Part shown: one piece after another, positions 1 through 12,374 of the stretch
How positions within the stretch are numbered: the first letter of the stretch is position 1
How the letters are laid out: every line of letters starts with the position of its first letter
DNA from: an uncultured Actinomycetes bacterium
Lineage (GTDB): Bacteria > Actinomycetota > Thermoleophilia > UBA2241
Direction: 5' to 3'
DNA: 64,000 nucleotides
Assembly (NCBI GenBank): GCA_963767005.1
Contig: CAVYCN010000003.1
Span: forward strand, 192,001-256,000
Program-made: the position numbers and the translations under genes
Notes under the pieces: model-generated
What the model was told of the DNA's origin: nothing
Database searches by the model: none
The model's input: only the letters and a program-made list of their open reading frames with translations

Positions 1-1
1 G

Positions 2-544
2 CGTGTCGAGGGTCTCGACGTGCGAGGCCCCCACGATCTGCATGGCGGCCGCCACGGCCAGCAGGTCGCCGTCGGGGCCGGCCTGCTCGGCCATGGCGCG
101 CACACGGATGAAGCGGCCGGGCATGAGCTCGCGGCGCTCGATCGCCCGGCGCGCCTCGGTCATGAGCCACGGGAAGTACTGCAGCGCGCTGATCTCGAGG
201 GTCACCGCCCGGTCTTCGTCGGGCGGTGCATCGGCGGCTCCGCCCAGGACGCGGCGGCGGTACTCGGCCAGCGACACGAACGCGCCGCGGTCGCGCTGCT
301 CGGTGAGCCAGGCCAGGTCGTCGAGGTAAGGCGACCCCTCGGCCCGCAGGCGCTCGAGCCGTGTCTCGAGGCGGCCGTTCTCGGCCGCCGCCCGGTTGAT
401 GGCCGCCACGCCCCCGTACCTGTCGACCAGGTCGAGCAGAGCGTCGACGAGCGGGTTGTCGTCGGCGGTCAGGGCGGCGTTCACGGCGGCGACGTCGGCC
501 GGCGCGAGCGCGAGCCTGCGACGCAGTACGGATCGGCCCGTCAT
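2..544 (-). CDS. Hypothetical protein, partial (runs off the window start)
   Basis: ATG at 544 after a GGAGGAGGGG SD; open frame MTGRSVLRRRLAL...LEISALQYFPWL...ETLDT to the edge; not in the ORF track; no function recognised. Confidence 0.75.
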   Translation of the reverse strand, partial: MTGRSVLRRRLALAPADVAAVNAALTADDNPLVDALLDLVDRYGGVAAINRAAAENGRLETRLERLRAEGSPYLDDLAWLTEQRDRGAFVSLAEYRRRVLGGAADAPPDEDRAVTLEISALQYFPWLMTEARRAIERRELMPGRFIRVRAMAEQAGPDGDLLAVAAAMQIVGASHVETLDT

Positions 545-869
545 GGCCCCTCCTCCCGGCCCCGCCTGGTCGACGGCCGGTGCCGCACCGGCCGGACGCC
601 GGGCCGGGGTCGTTGCGATGGCACGTGCAGTCCGCGACACACACTAGGACCTCGCGTTCTGCCCGTCAACAGAATCGCCGAACATCGTGCGGTCGACGAG
701 CATAGAAGCAGAACTTGGCGTATCGCCAGCGACGCCGGGGCGGGGCGGGGACGGCGCCGGAGACGGGGCCGCGAACTTCGAATGCCGGGCACACGAGAGG
801 CCAGCGCTTGTCACGAGAGACGGCGGCGCCCGCCGGCCACTGGCCGGCGGGCGCCGCCGCACGAGAAGG

Positions 870-1565
870 TCAGCCGATCAGCGCGAAGACGCGGCAGGGC
901 GTGGCCGAGCCGCCGACGAGCGGCAGCGCGCCCGTCACGAGCAGGGCGCCGGTGGGCGGCACCTCGCTCAAGTTGACGAGGCCCTCGAGGTTCCAGACGC
1001 CGTTCACGAGCGTCGCGTGGCGGTGCACCGAGAAGCCGGCGTCGTTGCCCGGGTCGATGCCGAGCGTGTCGATGCCGATGCCCACGACGCCGCGCTGCTC
1101 GACGAGCAGCCGCGCCGCCTCTTCGCCCACCCCTGGGAAGTGCAGGTCGCCCTCGGGACCCATGTACCGCTCACGGTCGTCGCCGAGCACGTCCCAGCCG
1201 GTGTGGATCAGGGCGGCCGCGCCCTGCGGCACCGCGCCGTGCGCGGCCTCGAAACGCGCCACGTCGTCGAGGGTGACGGTGTAATCGGGCTTGCCGGCGC
1301 AGCGGTCGGCCACCTCGATCACGACGGCCGGGCAGACCAGGCCGGCGAGCGGCAGGTTCTCGATCGTGGTGGCGCCGCTGATGAAGTGGGCCGGCGCGTC
1401 GATGTGCGTGCCGGTGTGCTCCCAGATGTGCAGAAGGCGGGCGAAGAAACCGTTCTCCTCGACGGTCACCCTGGTCTCGAAGCTGGGCGCCGGCGTGCCG
1501 GGCCACATGGCGACGTCGGGGTCGATCGGACGGGTGAGGTCGACGACGCGGTCAACGGAGATCAT
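870..1565 (-). CDS. Cyclase family metal-dependent hydrolase (kynurenine formamidase-like)
   Basis: HTGTHIDAPAHF motif, GIDTLGID, ENL-like LEGLVNL. Confidence 0.9.
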   Translation of the reverse strand: MISVDRVVDLTRPIDPDVAMWPGTPAPSFETRVTVEENGFFARLLHIWEHTGTHIDAPAHFISGATTIENLPLAGLVCPAVVIEVADRCAGKPDYTVTLDDVARFEAAHGAVPQGAAALIHTGWDVLGDDRERYMGPEGDLHFPGVGEEAARLLVEQRGVVGIGIDTLGIDPGNDAGFSVHRHATLVNGVWNLEGLVNLSEVPPTGALLVTGALPLVGGSATPCRVFALIG

Positions 1566-1628
1566 GGCGCCCCCTGACGTGTGCATTTTCGGTTCGTCCC
1601 TGTGAGCCGCGCGTAGCAGCCGAGGCGC

Positions 1629-1657
1629 AACGTACCGCCGCCGGCAGTCGGCGTCAA
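1629..1657 (-). promoter_or_regulatory. Sigma70-type promoter of the cyclase gene
   Basis: TTGACG-17 nt-TACGTT on the minus strand. Confidence 0.6.
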
Positions 1658-1724
1658 CGACAGTCGCCAGGCGCGCTACGAAGTCACGCCGGCCTGAACG
1701 GCGACGACGCGGCCGGTCGTCGCC

Positions 1725-2648
1725 CTAGGCCATCACCTCGATGCCCTTCTCGGCGGGGCGGTCCTGGGGCTCGAGCTGAACGATACGGGTGAGCGCCTCG
1801 ATCGCGACCTCGATCTGGTCGACGCTCGGCGGCTTGGTCGTCATCCACTGCAGCGCGAGGCCCGGGGCCATGACGGCACGCACCACGGGGTTGGTCTCGT
1901 AGCGCCCGGCGATGCGGATGATCTCATAGGAGACGCCGGCGATGAGCGGCACGAGCACGACGCGCGACAGGATGAGCAGGTACCACACCGGCCAGCGCAC
2001 GAGGGCGAAGACCAGGATCGACACGACCATCACGACGAGCAGGAACGAGGTGCCGCAGCGCACGTGCAGCGTCTTGTACTTCTCGACGTTGGCGACCGTC
2101 AGCGGATCGCCGTGCTCGAGGGCGTGGATCGACTTGTGCTCAGCGCCGTGGTACTCGAACACGCGGCGCAGGTCGCGAAACTGCGTGATGACGAGCAGAT
2201 AGACGACGAAGATGGTCACACGCACGAGGCCCTCGACCAGCCAGAAGACGATGCCCGAGCCGAGCTGTGCCCGGAACAGCCGCGTGATGCCGAGCGGCGC
2301 CAAGAAGAAGACGAGGACGGCGAAGGCGAGCGCGATGAACAGGGTGACGCCGATCTCGCGGCCGGAGAGCTCCTGGCCCTCCTCGCCGAGCGACTGGTTG
2401 GCCGAGATGGTGAGGGCGCGGACGCCGACGACGAGCGACTCGACGAGGGCGGTCACGCCGCGCAGCACGGGCAGCTTCAGCACGGGGTAGCGCTTCATGT
2501 ACGAGACGAGCGGCCACGACTCGAGGTAGATCGACGAGTCGGGGCGACGCACGGCCACCGACCAGTTGTCGACGCCGCGCATCATGACCCCCTCCATCAC
2601 CGCCTGGCCACCGATCGCCGCGCGGCGGGCCGCGACGGCCGGCAGCAT
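1725..2648 (-). CDS. DUF1385 (YqhQ-like) membrane protein
   Basis: IGGQAVMEGVMMR, YHGAEHK, RCGTSF motifs; start trimmed from a longer ORF; TAG stop. Confidence 0.9.
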   Translation of the reverse strand: MLPAVAARRAAIGGQAVMEGVMMRGVDNWSVAVRRPDSSIYLESWPLVSYMKRYPVLKLPVLRGVTALVESLVVGVRALTISANQSLGEEGQELSGREIGVTLFIALAFAVLVFFLAPLGITRLFRAQLGSGIVFWLVEGLVRVTIFVVYLLVITQFRDLRRVFEYHGAEHKSIHALEHGDPLTVANVEKYKTLHVRCGTSFLLVVMVVSILVFALVRWPVWYLLILSRVVLVPLIAGVSYEIIRIAGRYETNPVVRAVMAPGLALQWMTTKPPSVDQIEVAIEALTRIVQLEPQDRPAEKGIEVMA

Positions 2649-2731
2649 GAGCGCACGCAGGAGGCGGTGGGTCGTCCTACGGCGGACGGGGCGCGTGCCA
2701 TGCGCCTCGCGGCCGGGCACGCGCGCGGCGT

Positions 2732-3466
2732 TCACCCCGACTGCTCCGGAGCGTCGACCACGGCGGCGTCGTACGGCTTGCCGCAGGTCATGCGCCCCTC
2801 GGGGCAGCTCCCGTACAGGCAGCCGGGGCCGCTCTTGTGGAAGAGTGCCGGCGCCAGGAGCTTGACCCGGTCGCGCAGCTCCCAGGCGAGGGCGCGGATC
2901 TCCCACTGCGCCCGGTTGCAGCAGCGCACCGCGAAGAAGTGACGCAGCTCGCGACCGTTCATGGTCACGACGATCTTGGTCTCGGCGGCGTTCGGCAGCA
3001 CGAAGCGGGCGTCTTCTTGCACCGACTCGCGGCTGCGGCCCTGCGCCAGACCGAGCTCGACGAGCCGGTCGTAGGCCTCGCGCGCCTGCTCCATGGCGCG
3101 CAGGAACACCTGCTCCGCGGCGGCGTCGGCGGCGATCGCCGGCGGCACCACGAAGCTGTCGGCGTGGCTGAAGTTGACGTAGCGTTGCGACTGCTGGTTG
3201 TAGCTGGCCACGCGGTGCCGCACGAGCTGGTGCGTGCAGGCCCGGGAGACGCCGTCGACGGCGAAGGTGAACACCGCATGCTCGAGCGCCGAATGGTGGC
3301 CCGACGCCACGAGGCCGCGCACGAGCTTCGCGACGGCCTCGTCGCTCATCGTCTGGTTGAGCTCGGCGGCCGAGACCGGCGCGTAGCACAAGCGGCCGGC
3401 CGCCGCGACGGCGCGGTCGGGGTCGGGCGTGTGCGAAAGAAGGGTGACGGCGAGCGCCGCGGCCAT
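2732..3466 (-). CDS. thyX: FAD-dependent thymidylate synthase
   Basis: RHRVASYNQQSQRY signature, HHSALEH, AQWEIR. Confidence 0.95.
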   Translation of the reverse strand: MAAALAVTLLSHTPDPDRAVAAAGRLCYAPVSAAELNQTMSDEAVAKLVRGLVASGHHSALEHAVFTFAVDGVSRACTHQLVRHRVASYNQQSQRYVNFSHADSFVVPPAIAADAAAEQVFLRAMEQAREAYDRLVELGLAQGRSRESVQEDARFVLPNAAETKIVVTMNGRELRHFFAVRCCNRAQWEIRALAWELRDRVKLLAPALFHKSGPGCLYGSCPEGRMTCGKPYDAAVVDAPEQSG

Positions 3467-3473
3467 CGGCGCG

Positions 3474-3686
3474 CTAGCTCGCGTGGACCTTCTTGCCGAA
3501 CCGGCGCTGGAAGCGCTCGACGCGGCCGCCCGAATCGATCAGCTTCTGCTTGCCCGTGTAGAACGGGTGGCACTGCGAGCAGATCTCGACCTTGAGCTCG
3601 GGCTTGGTCGACCGCGTCATGAAGGTGTTGCCGCACGAGCAATGCACGGTCGCCTCGACGTACTGCGGGTGGATGTCCTTCTTCAT
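3474..3686 (-). CDS. rpmE: 50S ribosomal protein L31 (Zn-binding type)
   Basis: MKKDIHPQY...CSCG...[13 protein letters not shown]; TAG stop. Confidence 0.97.
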   Translation of the reverse strand: MKKDIHPQYVEATVHCSCGNTFMTRSTKPELKVEICSQCHPFYTGKQKLIDSGGRVERFQRRFGKKVHAS

Positions 3687-3854
3687 GAACCGTCGTCCCT
3701 TCGAAAGTGTCGGGGTGAAGCACGCTATGGTAGCACGCGGGCCACGCGCCGCGCCAACCACGGCACCGCGGCGGCACCGCTCCCCCCTGCTCCTCGTTTC
3801 TGTAGGTTTCCCGCCGCCAAACCCCGCGCCGGGCGCCGGGCGCGGTGCCCGGCC

Positions 3855-5420
<1,566 letters not shown>

Positions 5421-5643
5421 GACTGTCTCGCGTGGGGTGACGTCGGGGCTGGGCCGCCCCTGTGGGCTGCGCCCGACGACGATGCGCCCTGACGCGGGCT
5501 CCTTTCTGTGGGTCCGACTGCTGTGAGAGACGCGACCTGCTGATGGAGCACGTGGGGTGGGATGGTAGCCATATCGGCAGCGCCGAGCGCGGCTTGAGTC
5601 CCACGGCCGCCCTGAGCGTCGAGCGTGTCGATCGTGCCCTCCA

Positions 5644-6576
5644 TCACCCTCCTCTGCTCGTGGTCGCCGACGGCTGCGCGTGCTCGGAGACGGCGTCGAG
5701 CACGGTCGCCATGACGGCCTTCACGGTCTTGTCGATGTTGTCGTTCTCGACGACGGCCACGCCCTGCTTGTCGGCCTGGGCGAGGATGTAGTCCTGGATC
5801 TTGCGGATCTTGGCGAAACCCTGGATGTAGCGGCGCAGCGGCCGGATGCCGTCGGTCTCCCACTCGCGCACGTAGAAGTGGCTGCGGTGACGCTCGGCGT
5901 CGCTGATGGCGACCACCATCTCGACCACGACCGCATCGTGCCAGCGGCTGCGGTCGAGGAATCCGGGCACGAGGTGCACGCCCTCGATGATGGTGCGCTG
6001 CCCCTCGGTGATGGCGCGATCGACCACGGCGTTGACGCCCACCGCGATGCTCTTGGCCTGCTCGATGAAGCCGGCCTCGTCGGCGTCGGTCCAGTCGTAC
6101 AGTGGGATACGCAGGCCGGCGGCCGCGTCGAACGACGAGTACTGGATCTCGGGCATGAGGTCGGGCGCGAAGAAGGCGCGCATGACCTGCCGCACGGTGT
6201 CGGTCGAGACCACCCGCGAGATGCCGAGGCGGTGGGCGATCTGCGTGGCAAGCGTGCTCTTGCCCACGCCCGTGGTGCCGCCGACCAGGATGACGAGCGG
6301 CCGGGCCAGCATGGTGAGGCTCTGCCACTTGCGAAAGCGGGCGATGGTCGCGCGGCCGTCGGCCTCGCCCAGCACCGCGCTCGCGATCTCTTCGAGGCCG
6401 CGCAGCGTGATCGTGCCCTGCCGGCTGTCGTGGAGCCGCTCGCCGACCGCCGCGGCGATCTGGTAGGAACGCTCGGGCGACAGGCCGGTCGCCATCAGCG
6501 CCTGTGCCATGAGCCCCTTCGAGTAGGGCAGCGCCGGGTCGCGACTGACGACCACCATCTCGACGTCGTCGGTCAC
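5644..6576 (-). CDS. 2-phosphoglycerate kinase (ATP-cone plus P-loop)
   Basis: [30 protein letters not shown]; GTG start overlaps the cpgS stop (GTGA). Confidence 0.85.
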   Translation of the reverse strand: MTDDVEMVVVSRDPALPYSKGLMAQALMATGLSPERSYQIAAAVGERLHDSRQGTITLRGLEEIASAVLGEADGRATIARFRKWQSLTMLARPLVILVGGTTGVGKSTLATQIAHRLGISRVVSTDTVRQVMRAFFAPDLMPEIQYSSFDAAAGLRIPLYDWTDADEAGFIEQAKSIAVGVNAVVDRAITEGQRTIIEGVHLVPGFLDRSRWHDAVVVEMVVAISDAERHRSHFYVREWETDGIRPLRRYIQGFAKIRKIQDYILAQADKQGVAVVENDNIDKTVKAVMATVLDAVSEHAQPSATTSRGG

Positions 6577-8030
6577 GATCGCTGCCTCGCTGCGTAGCGG
6601 CGCTGTGCGGTGTCGACGAGCCCGTCGACGACGGCCGTGAGGTCGCGGCCGTCGACCGCGACGGGCTCGTTGTCGCAGAAGACGAGCTCCTTGCCCAGGC
6701 GCGCCGCGGCCTCGGCAACGACGTCGACGGCCGCCGCCTTGATCTCGGTCAGGAACACGTCGGCCCGGTCGGCGGCGGCGGCCACGGCGTCGCGCAGGGC
6801 CGCCCGTCCGGCGAGGTCGGTCGAGACGAGCGTCACGTCGGCCTCGTGCGCGTCGCGCAGGTGGTCGGCGAGTAGATCGGCGCTCGCGGGGGTCGCCGTC
6901 GAAAAGAACGCCACGCGGCGCCCGGCGACAGAGGCGACGGGTCGCGGGCGAAGCACGGTCGGGATGAGGTCGATGTCCGGGTTCACGTCGGTCACGGCGG
7001 AACGCAACGCGTCGATACGCGCAGCGTCGCAGAACGGTGGTTCGCACATCGTGAGGAAGAGTGCGTCGGAGATGAGCATTCGGTACGTACCCAGATAGCC
7101 CGTTATGTACTCCGGCGGCTGCATGGCCGAGGCCACGCAGACGACGGCTTGCGCCTGCACCGGCGGTATCGCCGAGCCGCTGCCCTCCCAGATGACCGCC
7201 GCGGCCGGCATGTCGTCGACCAGCTCGAGCGCGGCTCCCACCGTGTCGAGCACCGAGGCGCCGGCCATGCCGCCGCCGCAGCGCCGGCAGCCCACCGTGG
7301 TGACCCCGGTGAGCACGGCATCCTCGAGGTAGTCCGAGGCCGCGTGCAGCCCCCGCCGCGACACCGCGAGCAGATCCGCGGCCCCCAGCCGGGCGCCGCC
7401 GGAGACCACCTGCGGCGCCGCCGGCCCACCGCGCCCCATCGCCACGATCACCACCCGTTCGCGCCCGAACCGGTCGCCGAGCCGGCGTCCGAAGAAGCCG
7501 CTGACGGCCGTCTTTCCGACCCGTTTGCCCGTCCCTATGATCGCAAGCGACGGTTTGCTGGAGAGTCGGGCTAGAGGCTGGGGCGAGAATTCGAAGTCGG
7601 CTCCGACGTACCGTGCACCCCACGACAGCGTCACGCTGATGAGCTGGAACCGCTCCTGGTAGCCTAGCACCGGCTCGTCGGACACGTCAACGACCACCCT
7701 CGCACCTGTGGCCTCGAGCAGCCCCGCGAGCGCCGCCCGCACCGCCGCGGCCCCGAGGGTCGCGCCGTCCGGCCCGGCGGCGACCGTCGCGACCGGCAGG
7801 CCGTAGAGCTCGTCGAGCGCGCCGGCCTGGACCTCGCGCAGCTTCTCGCCGCCGCCCAGGAACAGCGCCGCGGCGAAGGTGTAGCGCCCGGCCAGGACGC
7901 GCAGCGTGTCGACCACGACCGGCGGGTAGTGCTCGCCGTCGATCAGCGCGATCGCGGTGGCTCGCGCCGCCTCGGTCGCGGGCGCGCCGCCGCCGGTCAC
8001 GCCCGCGCCGCTCCCCGTCGCCCCGTCCAT
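6573..8030 (-). CDS. cpgS: Cyclic 2,3-diphosphoglycerate synthetase
   Basis: IDGEHYPPV, GTGKRVGKTAVS, MGRGGP, HAASDYLED, GCRRCGGGMAG, TEIKAAAVDVV. Confidence 0.9.
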   Translation of the reverse strand: MDGATGSGAGVTGGGAPATEAARATAIALIDGEHYPPVVVDTLRVLAGRYTFAAALFLGGGEKLREVQAGALDELYGLPVATVAAGPDGATLGAAAVRAALAGLLEATGARVVVDVSDEPVLGYQERFQLISVTLSWGARYVGADFEFSPQPLARLSSKPSLAIIGTGKRVGKTAVSGFFGRRLGDRFGRERVVIVAMGRGGPAAPQVVSGGARLGAADLLAVSRRGLHAASDYLEDAVLTGVTTVGCRRCGGGMAGASVLDTVGAALELVDDMPAAAVIWEGSGSAIPPVQAQAVVCVASAMQPPEYITGYLGTYRMLISDALFLTMCEPPFCDAARIDALRSAVTDVNPDIDLIPTVLRPRPVASVAGRRVAFFSTATPASADLLADHLRDAHEADVTLVSTDLAGRAALRDAVAAAADRADVFLTEIKAAAVDVVAEAAARLGKELVFCDNEPVAVDGRDLTAVVDGLVDTAQRRYAARQRS

Positions 8031-8050
8031 GCGACCCCCCCGCCGCTCCG

Positions 8051-8839
8051 CTAGGTCTGCAGCCGGCGCTCGTCGGGCCGGCCGGCGAAGCGCTCGTAGT
8101 GCAGGGTCGAGGGCGAGAACTCGATGATCTTCTCACTGCCGTGGAACGGGTACTTGCGCTCGACCCGGACGTGGTCGTCGTCGATCGTCACGATGTTGTA
8201 GCAGGGCCGCGTGTCGCCGCGCAGGCGCAGCGAGCAGACGGTCCCGGCGTTCACCACGAACATGTTCTCGAAGTGCCAGGCGTGCGGCACGTGCTTGTGG
8301 CCCGACAGCACGAGGTTGACGTTGCAGCGCTGCAGCACCTCGAGCGTGTCTCCGGCATCGTAGACCATGTTGCGCTCGCGCCCGGTGCCCGGGATCGGCA
8401 GCAGGTGGTGGTGCAGCATGAAGATGCGAAAGCGGGCCGGCGTCGAGAACTGCTCCTCGAGCCAGGCGTAGCGCGAGCGGCCGATGGTGCCGTAGTCGAG
8501 GTCGGGCTGTGTCGAGTCGACGCCGACGATCGAGATCTCGCCGGTGTGCAGCACCACGCCGCGCGGCCCGAACAGATGCTCGAAGTGGACGTAGCCGACG
8601 TTGCGCGAGTCGTGGTTGCCGGGGATGACGAGCACGTGCGGGCACTCGAGGCGGTCGAGGTAGTCCTTGGCCACCTGGTACTCCTGCTTGAAGCCCTCGT
8701 TCGTGAGGTCGCCGGTGACGGCCACGACGTCGGGTCTGAGCTCGTTCAGCTCGACGACCGCACGATCCATGAGATTGGCCACGAAGTACGGCGAGCCGGC
8801 GTGGAAGTCGGACACGTGAGCGAGCACGAAGGGGGCCAT
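8051..8839 (-). CDS. Calcineurin-like metallophosphoesterase (CpdA/Icc-like)
   Basis: SDFH, TGDL, PGNHD, HHH, GHKH motifs; TAG stop. Confidence 0.9.
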   Translation of the reverse strand: MAPFVLAHVSDFHAGSPYFVANLMDRAVVELNELRPDVVAVTGDLTNEGFKQEYQVAKDYLDRLECPHVLVIPGNHDSRNVGYVHFEHLFGPRGVVLHTGEISIVGVDSTQPDLDYGTIGRSRYAWLEEQFSTPARFRIFMLHHHLLPIPGTGRERNMVYDAGDTLEVLQRCNVNLVLSGHKHVPHAWHFENMFVVNAGTVCSLRLRGDTRPCYNIVTIDDDHVRVERKYPFHGSEKIIEFSPSTLHYERFAGRPDERRLQT

Positions 8840-8852
8840 GAGGCGTCCTTTC

Positions 8853-11042
8853 CTACTCCACGACGACGACGCGCACGCCGCCCTGCTTGTCGCGGAGCGA
8901 GAACGTGGTCTGGTTGCCGTCGCGGCGGAACCGCAGGCTCAGGCGGGAACGGCCGACGCTCAGGTTGCTGAGCGTGACCTCGGACAGCCACTTCGGCAGC
9001 AACGGGTTGTGCACGTAGAGCGCGTTCTCGGCGGCGCTCGCGTAGAGCCCGAGCATGGCCTGCAGCATGAGGAACGGGGCGCCGGCGGCCGGCGCGTCGG
9101 GCGAGCACGCCATGGGGTAGGCGACGGGGCGGTTCACGGCCTGCCGGGTGAAGCCGCAGATGAACTCGGGCAGGCGCTCGTACTGCTGGTCGAGGGCGGC
9201 GTCGAAGAGCGCGCCGGCCAGGCGGTTGGCCTCCTGGTCGAAGCCGTGCTTCTTGAGGCCGTTCACGATGAGCGCGTTGTCGAACGGCCAGACGCTGCCG
9301 TTGTAGAGGCTCATGGGGCTGTAGCCGACCGCCGACTTGGCCATCGTGCGTACGCCCCAGCCCGAGAACAGGTCGGGCGACAGCAGGCGCTCGGCCACCG
9401 GCGCCACATGCTCCTCGGAGAGGATGCGCGACCACAGGCAGTGGCCGGCGGTCGAGACGATCGTCTTCACCTGACGCTTGTCGGCGTCGAGGGCCATCGC
9501 CACGTAGCCCTCGTCGTCCATCCAGAAGCGGTCGTTGAAGCGCAGCTTGAGCGCCTGCGACTCGGCCTGCAGGCGCTCCGACAGCTCGACGTCGGCGAGG
9601 TGCCCGAACAGGCTCGCGAGACGGCGCTTGGCGTAGTAGACGTAGGCCTGCGACTCGGCGAGGGCGATGGGGCCCTGCGCGACGCTGCCGTCGGTGTGCA
9701 CCACCGCGTCGTGGGCGTCGCGCCAGCCCTGGTTGACGAGCCCGGCCCGCGAGCGCCGCCGGTACTCGACGAAGCCGTCGCCGTCGAGGTCGCCGTACTG
9801 GTCGATCCAGCGCAGGGCGGCCTCGATGGGGCCACGGAGCTGCTCGAAGGCCTCGAGGTCGCCGGTCCACATGGCGACCTCGCAGACGAGCAGCAGGTAC
9901 AGGGCCGTCGTGTCGACCGCGCCGTAGTAGGGGGTGTGTGGGATCGCCTTGACGGCGGCGAGCTCGCCACGGCGCAGCTCGTGCATGATCTTGCCGGGCT
10001 CCTCCTCGCGAAAGACGCTGTCGACGCGGCCCTGCAGCCCGGTGAGCAGGCGCACGCAGTCGATCGCGGGACGCGGGTCCAGCATGAGGGTCTCGAGGCT
10101 GGCGATGATCGCGTCGCGGCCGAACGGCGCCACGAACCAGGGCACGGCCGCCGCGAAGGTCCGGCCCCCCGACGTGTCGGTCATGAGCATGCGCAGGTCG
10201 GCCTGGCCGCGGCGCAGCACCCGGGTGACCTCTTCGGAGTCGGTGAAGATGCCAGTCGCGCCGGCGAACCAGCGCTCGTAGTCGCGCCGCATCTCGGTCA
10301 GGCGCTCGGTGAAGTCGCCGCCGGCCGACAGAGCCGGCCCGTCGGGCACCGACACCTCGATCGAGAACCGCAGCACCTTGCGCTCGCGCGGCGCGAGGTT
10401 CACGCGAAAGCGTGCCGTGCCGCCCTCGAGCCTGGCCGGCGCCTGCTCGAAACGCACGATCGTCTTGCGCAGCACCTCGTCGAGGCCCAGGTAGGCCAGC
10501 GTGAGCTTGTCGCCTTCGGCCTTGGGGGCGAAGCGAGTGCCGCGCTTGTGGCGGCGCATGCCACGCACCTCGAACATGTCGCGAAAGTCGGCGTCGAACC
10601 TGAGCTCCACGTCGACCTCGACCGGCGCCGCGTGGTAGTTCTTGACGCGCAGCAGCTCGTAGACGCGGTCGGCGACCACGCGCGTGCGCCGCAGGTGCAC
10701 CGAGGTCTGGGGGATCGCCTCGCCGCGCGCGCCCTTGATGGCGAGATTCGTGAACTCGGCCGACGAGACGTAGTTGCGCTCGGCGGTCGAGGAGAGCAGC
10801 ACCGGCGGCCGGCCGCCGACCGTCATCTCGAGGCGTGAGAGAAAGCGCGTGTCGCGAAAGTAGAGGCCGAGCGGCGAGCCGGCGGCGGCCGGGATCAGCC
10901 CCTCCTCGTCGGTGTACATGAGGAGCTCGTTCTCCATGCTGACGAGGCGGCGGCGGCGCTGCTCGGTCATCACGAAGCGCTCGGCTCCGGTCGTCACGCC
11001 GTCGGCGGCGCCGAGCGCCTCGAAGCGCTCGTCGCCGATCAC
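8853..11042 (-). CDS. Amylo-alpha-1,6-glucosidase / glycogen debranching family protein
   Basis: GLYFRDTRFLS, PWFVAPFGRD, EEPGKIMHE, NQGWRD, YNGSVWP; start uncertain; TAG stop. Confidence 0.88.
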   Translation of the reverse strand: MIGDERFEALGAADGVTTGAERFVMTEQRRRRLVSMENELLMYTDEEGLIPAAAGSPLGLYFRDTRFLSRLEMTVGGRPPVLLSSTAERNYVSSAEFTNLAIKGARGEAIPQTSVHLRRTRVVADRVYELLRVKNYHAAPVEVDVELRFDADFRDMFEVRGMRRHKRGTRFAPKAEGDKLTLAYLGLDEVLRKTIVRFEQAPARLEGGTARFRVNLAPRERKVLRFSIEVSVPDGPALSAGGDFTERLTEMRRDYERWFAGATGIFTDSEEVTRVLRRGQADLRMLMTDTSGGRTFAAAVPWFVAPFGRDAIIASLETLMLDPRPAIDCVRLLTGLQGRVDSVFREEEPGKIMHELRRGELAAVKAIPHTPYYGAVDTTALYLLLVCEVAMWTGDLEAFEQLRGPIEAALRWIDQYGDLDGDGFVEYRRRSRAGLVNQGWRDAHDAVVHTDGSVAQGPIALAESQAYVYYAKRRLASLFGHLADVELSERLQAESQALKLRFNDRFWMDDEGYVAMALDADKRQVKTIVSTAGHCLWSRILSEEHVAPVAERLLSPDLFSGWGVRTMAKSAVGYSPMSLYNGSVWPFDNALIVNGLKKHGFDQEANRLAGALFDAALDQQYERLPEFICGFTRQAVNRPVAYPMACSPDAPAAGAPFLMLQAMLGLYASAAENALYVHNPLLPKWLSEVTLSNLSVGRSRLSLRFRRDGNQTTFSLRDKQGGVRVVVVE

Positions 11043-11285
11043 GATCTCGGACTCGCTCCCCGCGGCGCCACTCGCAGCGACGCCCTCGGCGGCCGCGCCC
11101 TGCCGCTCGCCGGCAGCCGTGGCGCGTCGTTCGCCGGCGGCCGCGGCGCGACCTTGCGACCGCTTGTCAGTATCTGTGGACGAGGCGTGGTCCTTTCACG
11201 CGACCAGGATGGGCCGGCCGCTGCCGGCCCGCGTCGGGGCGACGGCCCTGCTTCGATGATCGGGGATACCCGCCATGGGCCCAGG

Positions 11286-12374
11286 TCACGCCCTCGCCGG
11301 CACGGCGAGGGCGCGCTCGATCTCGGCCAGAGGCTCCGACGTGAACACGGGCTCGGCCGCCGTGCGCACGGCGGTGTCGGGGTCCTTGAGGCCGTGACCG
11401 GTGAGCACGCACGTCACCAGCGCCCCGGCCGCGATGCGGCCGTCCTCGCGCGCCTTGCGCAGACCCGCGATCGATGCCGCGCTCGCCGGTTCGCAGAACA
11501 CGCCCTCGGTCGCCGCCACGAGCCGGTAGGCCGCCACGATCTCGTCGTCGGTCACCATATCGATGAAGCCGCCCGAGTCGCGCGCCGCCGCGAGAGCCTC
11601 GTCGCCACGCGCCGGATTGCCGATGCGGATCGCCGTGGCGATCGTCTCGGGAGCATCGATGCGGTGGCCGAGCACGAGCGGTGCCGCGCCCGCCGCCTGA
11701 AAGCCGCACATGACCGGCAGACGGTCCGTCACGCCCGCGTCGCGATACTCGCGGTAGCCCTTCCAGTAGCTCGTGATGTTGCCGGCGTTGCCGACCGGTA
11801 TGCAGTGATACGCGGGCGGCCCGCCGAGCGCGTCGCAGACCTCGAAGGCGCCGGTCTTCTGCCCCTCGATACGGTAGGGGTTGACCGAGTTCACGAGGGC
11901 GACCGGCAGCCGTGCGGCCGCCTCGCGCACGACGTCGAGGGCGACGTCGAAGTTGCCCGGGATCGACACCACATGGGCGCCGTACGCCACCGCCTGGGCG
12001 AGCTTGCCCATGGCGATCTTGCCCTCGGGGATCACGACGATCGCCCTGATGCCGGCCTTGGCCGCGTAGGCCGCCGCCGAGGCGCTCGTGTTGCCGGTAG
12101 AGGCGCAGACGACCGCGCGGAAGCCGTCCTCGATCACCTTGCTGACCGCCATCGTCATGCCGCGGTCCTTGAACGAGCAGGTCGGGTTCAGGCCCTCGAG
12201 CTTCAGGTGGAGCTCCACACCGAGCGCCTCGCCCAGGCGCGGCGCCGGCACGAGCGGCGTGTCGCCCTCGCCGAGAGTGACGATCGGGGTCGCGTCGGTC
12301 ACGGGCAGGTAGCGCCGGTAGCGGGCGATCACGCCGGCGCCACGGCCGGCCGGTCCCGCGGGGCTAGCCGCCAT
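11286..12374 (-). CDS. thrC: Threonine synthase
   Basis: [13 protein letters not shown] lysine, ASTGNTS, PVGNAGN. Confidence 0.95.
   Translation of the reverse strand: MAASPAGPAGRGAGVIARYRRYLPVTDATPIVTLGEGDTPLVPAPRLGEALGVELHLKLEGLNPTCSFKDRGMTMAVSKVIEDGFRAVVCASTGNTSASAAAYAAKAGIRAIVVIPEGKIAMGKLAQAVAYGAHVVSIPGNFDVALDVVREAAARLPVALVNSVNPYRIEGQKTGAFEVCDALGGPPAYHCIPVGNAGNITSYWKGYREYRDAGVTDRLPVMCGFQAAGAAPLVLGHRIDAPETIATAIRIGNPARGDEALAAARDSGGFIDMVTDDEIVAAYRLVAATEGVFCEPASAASIAGLRKAREDGRIAAGALVTCVLTGHGLKDPDTAVRTAAEPVFTSEPLAEIERALAVPARA

Noticed and set aside
1566-1727. DUF1385 TAG is in an open frame with the cyclase gene (possible read-through fusion)
   Set aside because: The 53-codon spacer contains a clear TTGACG-17-TACGTT promoter; open frames are expected by chance at this GC content
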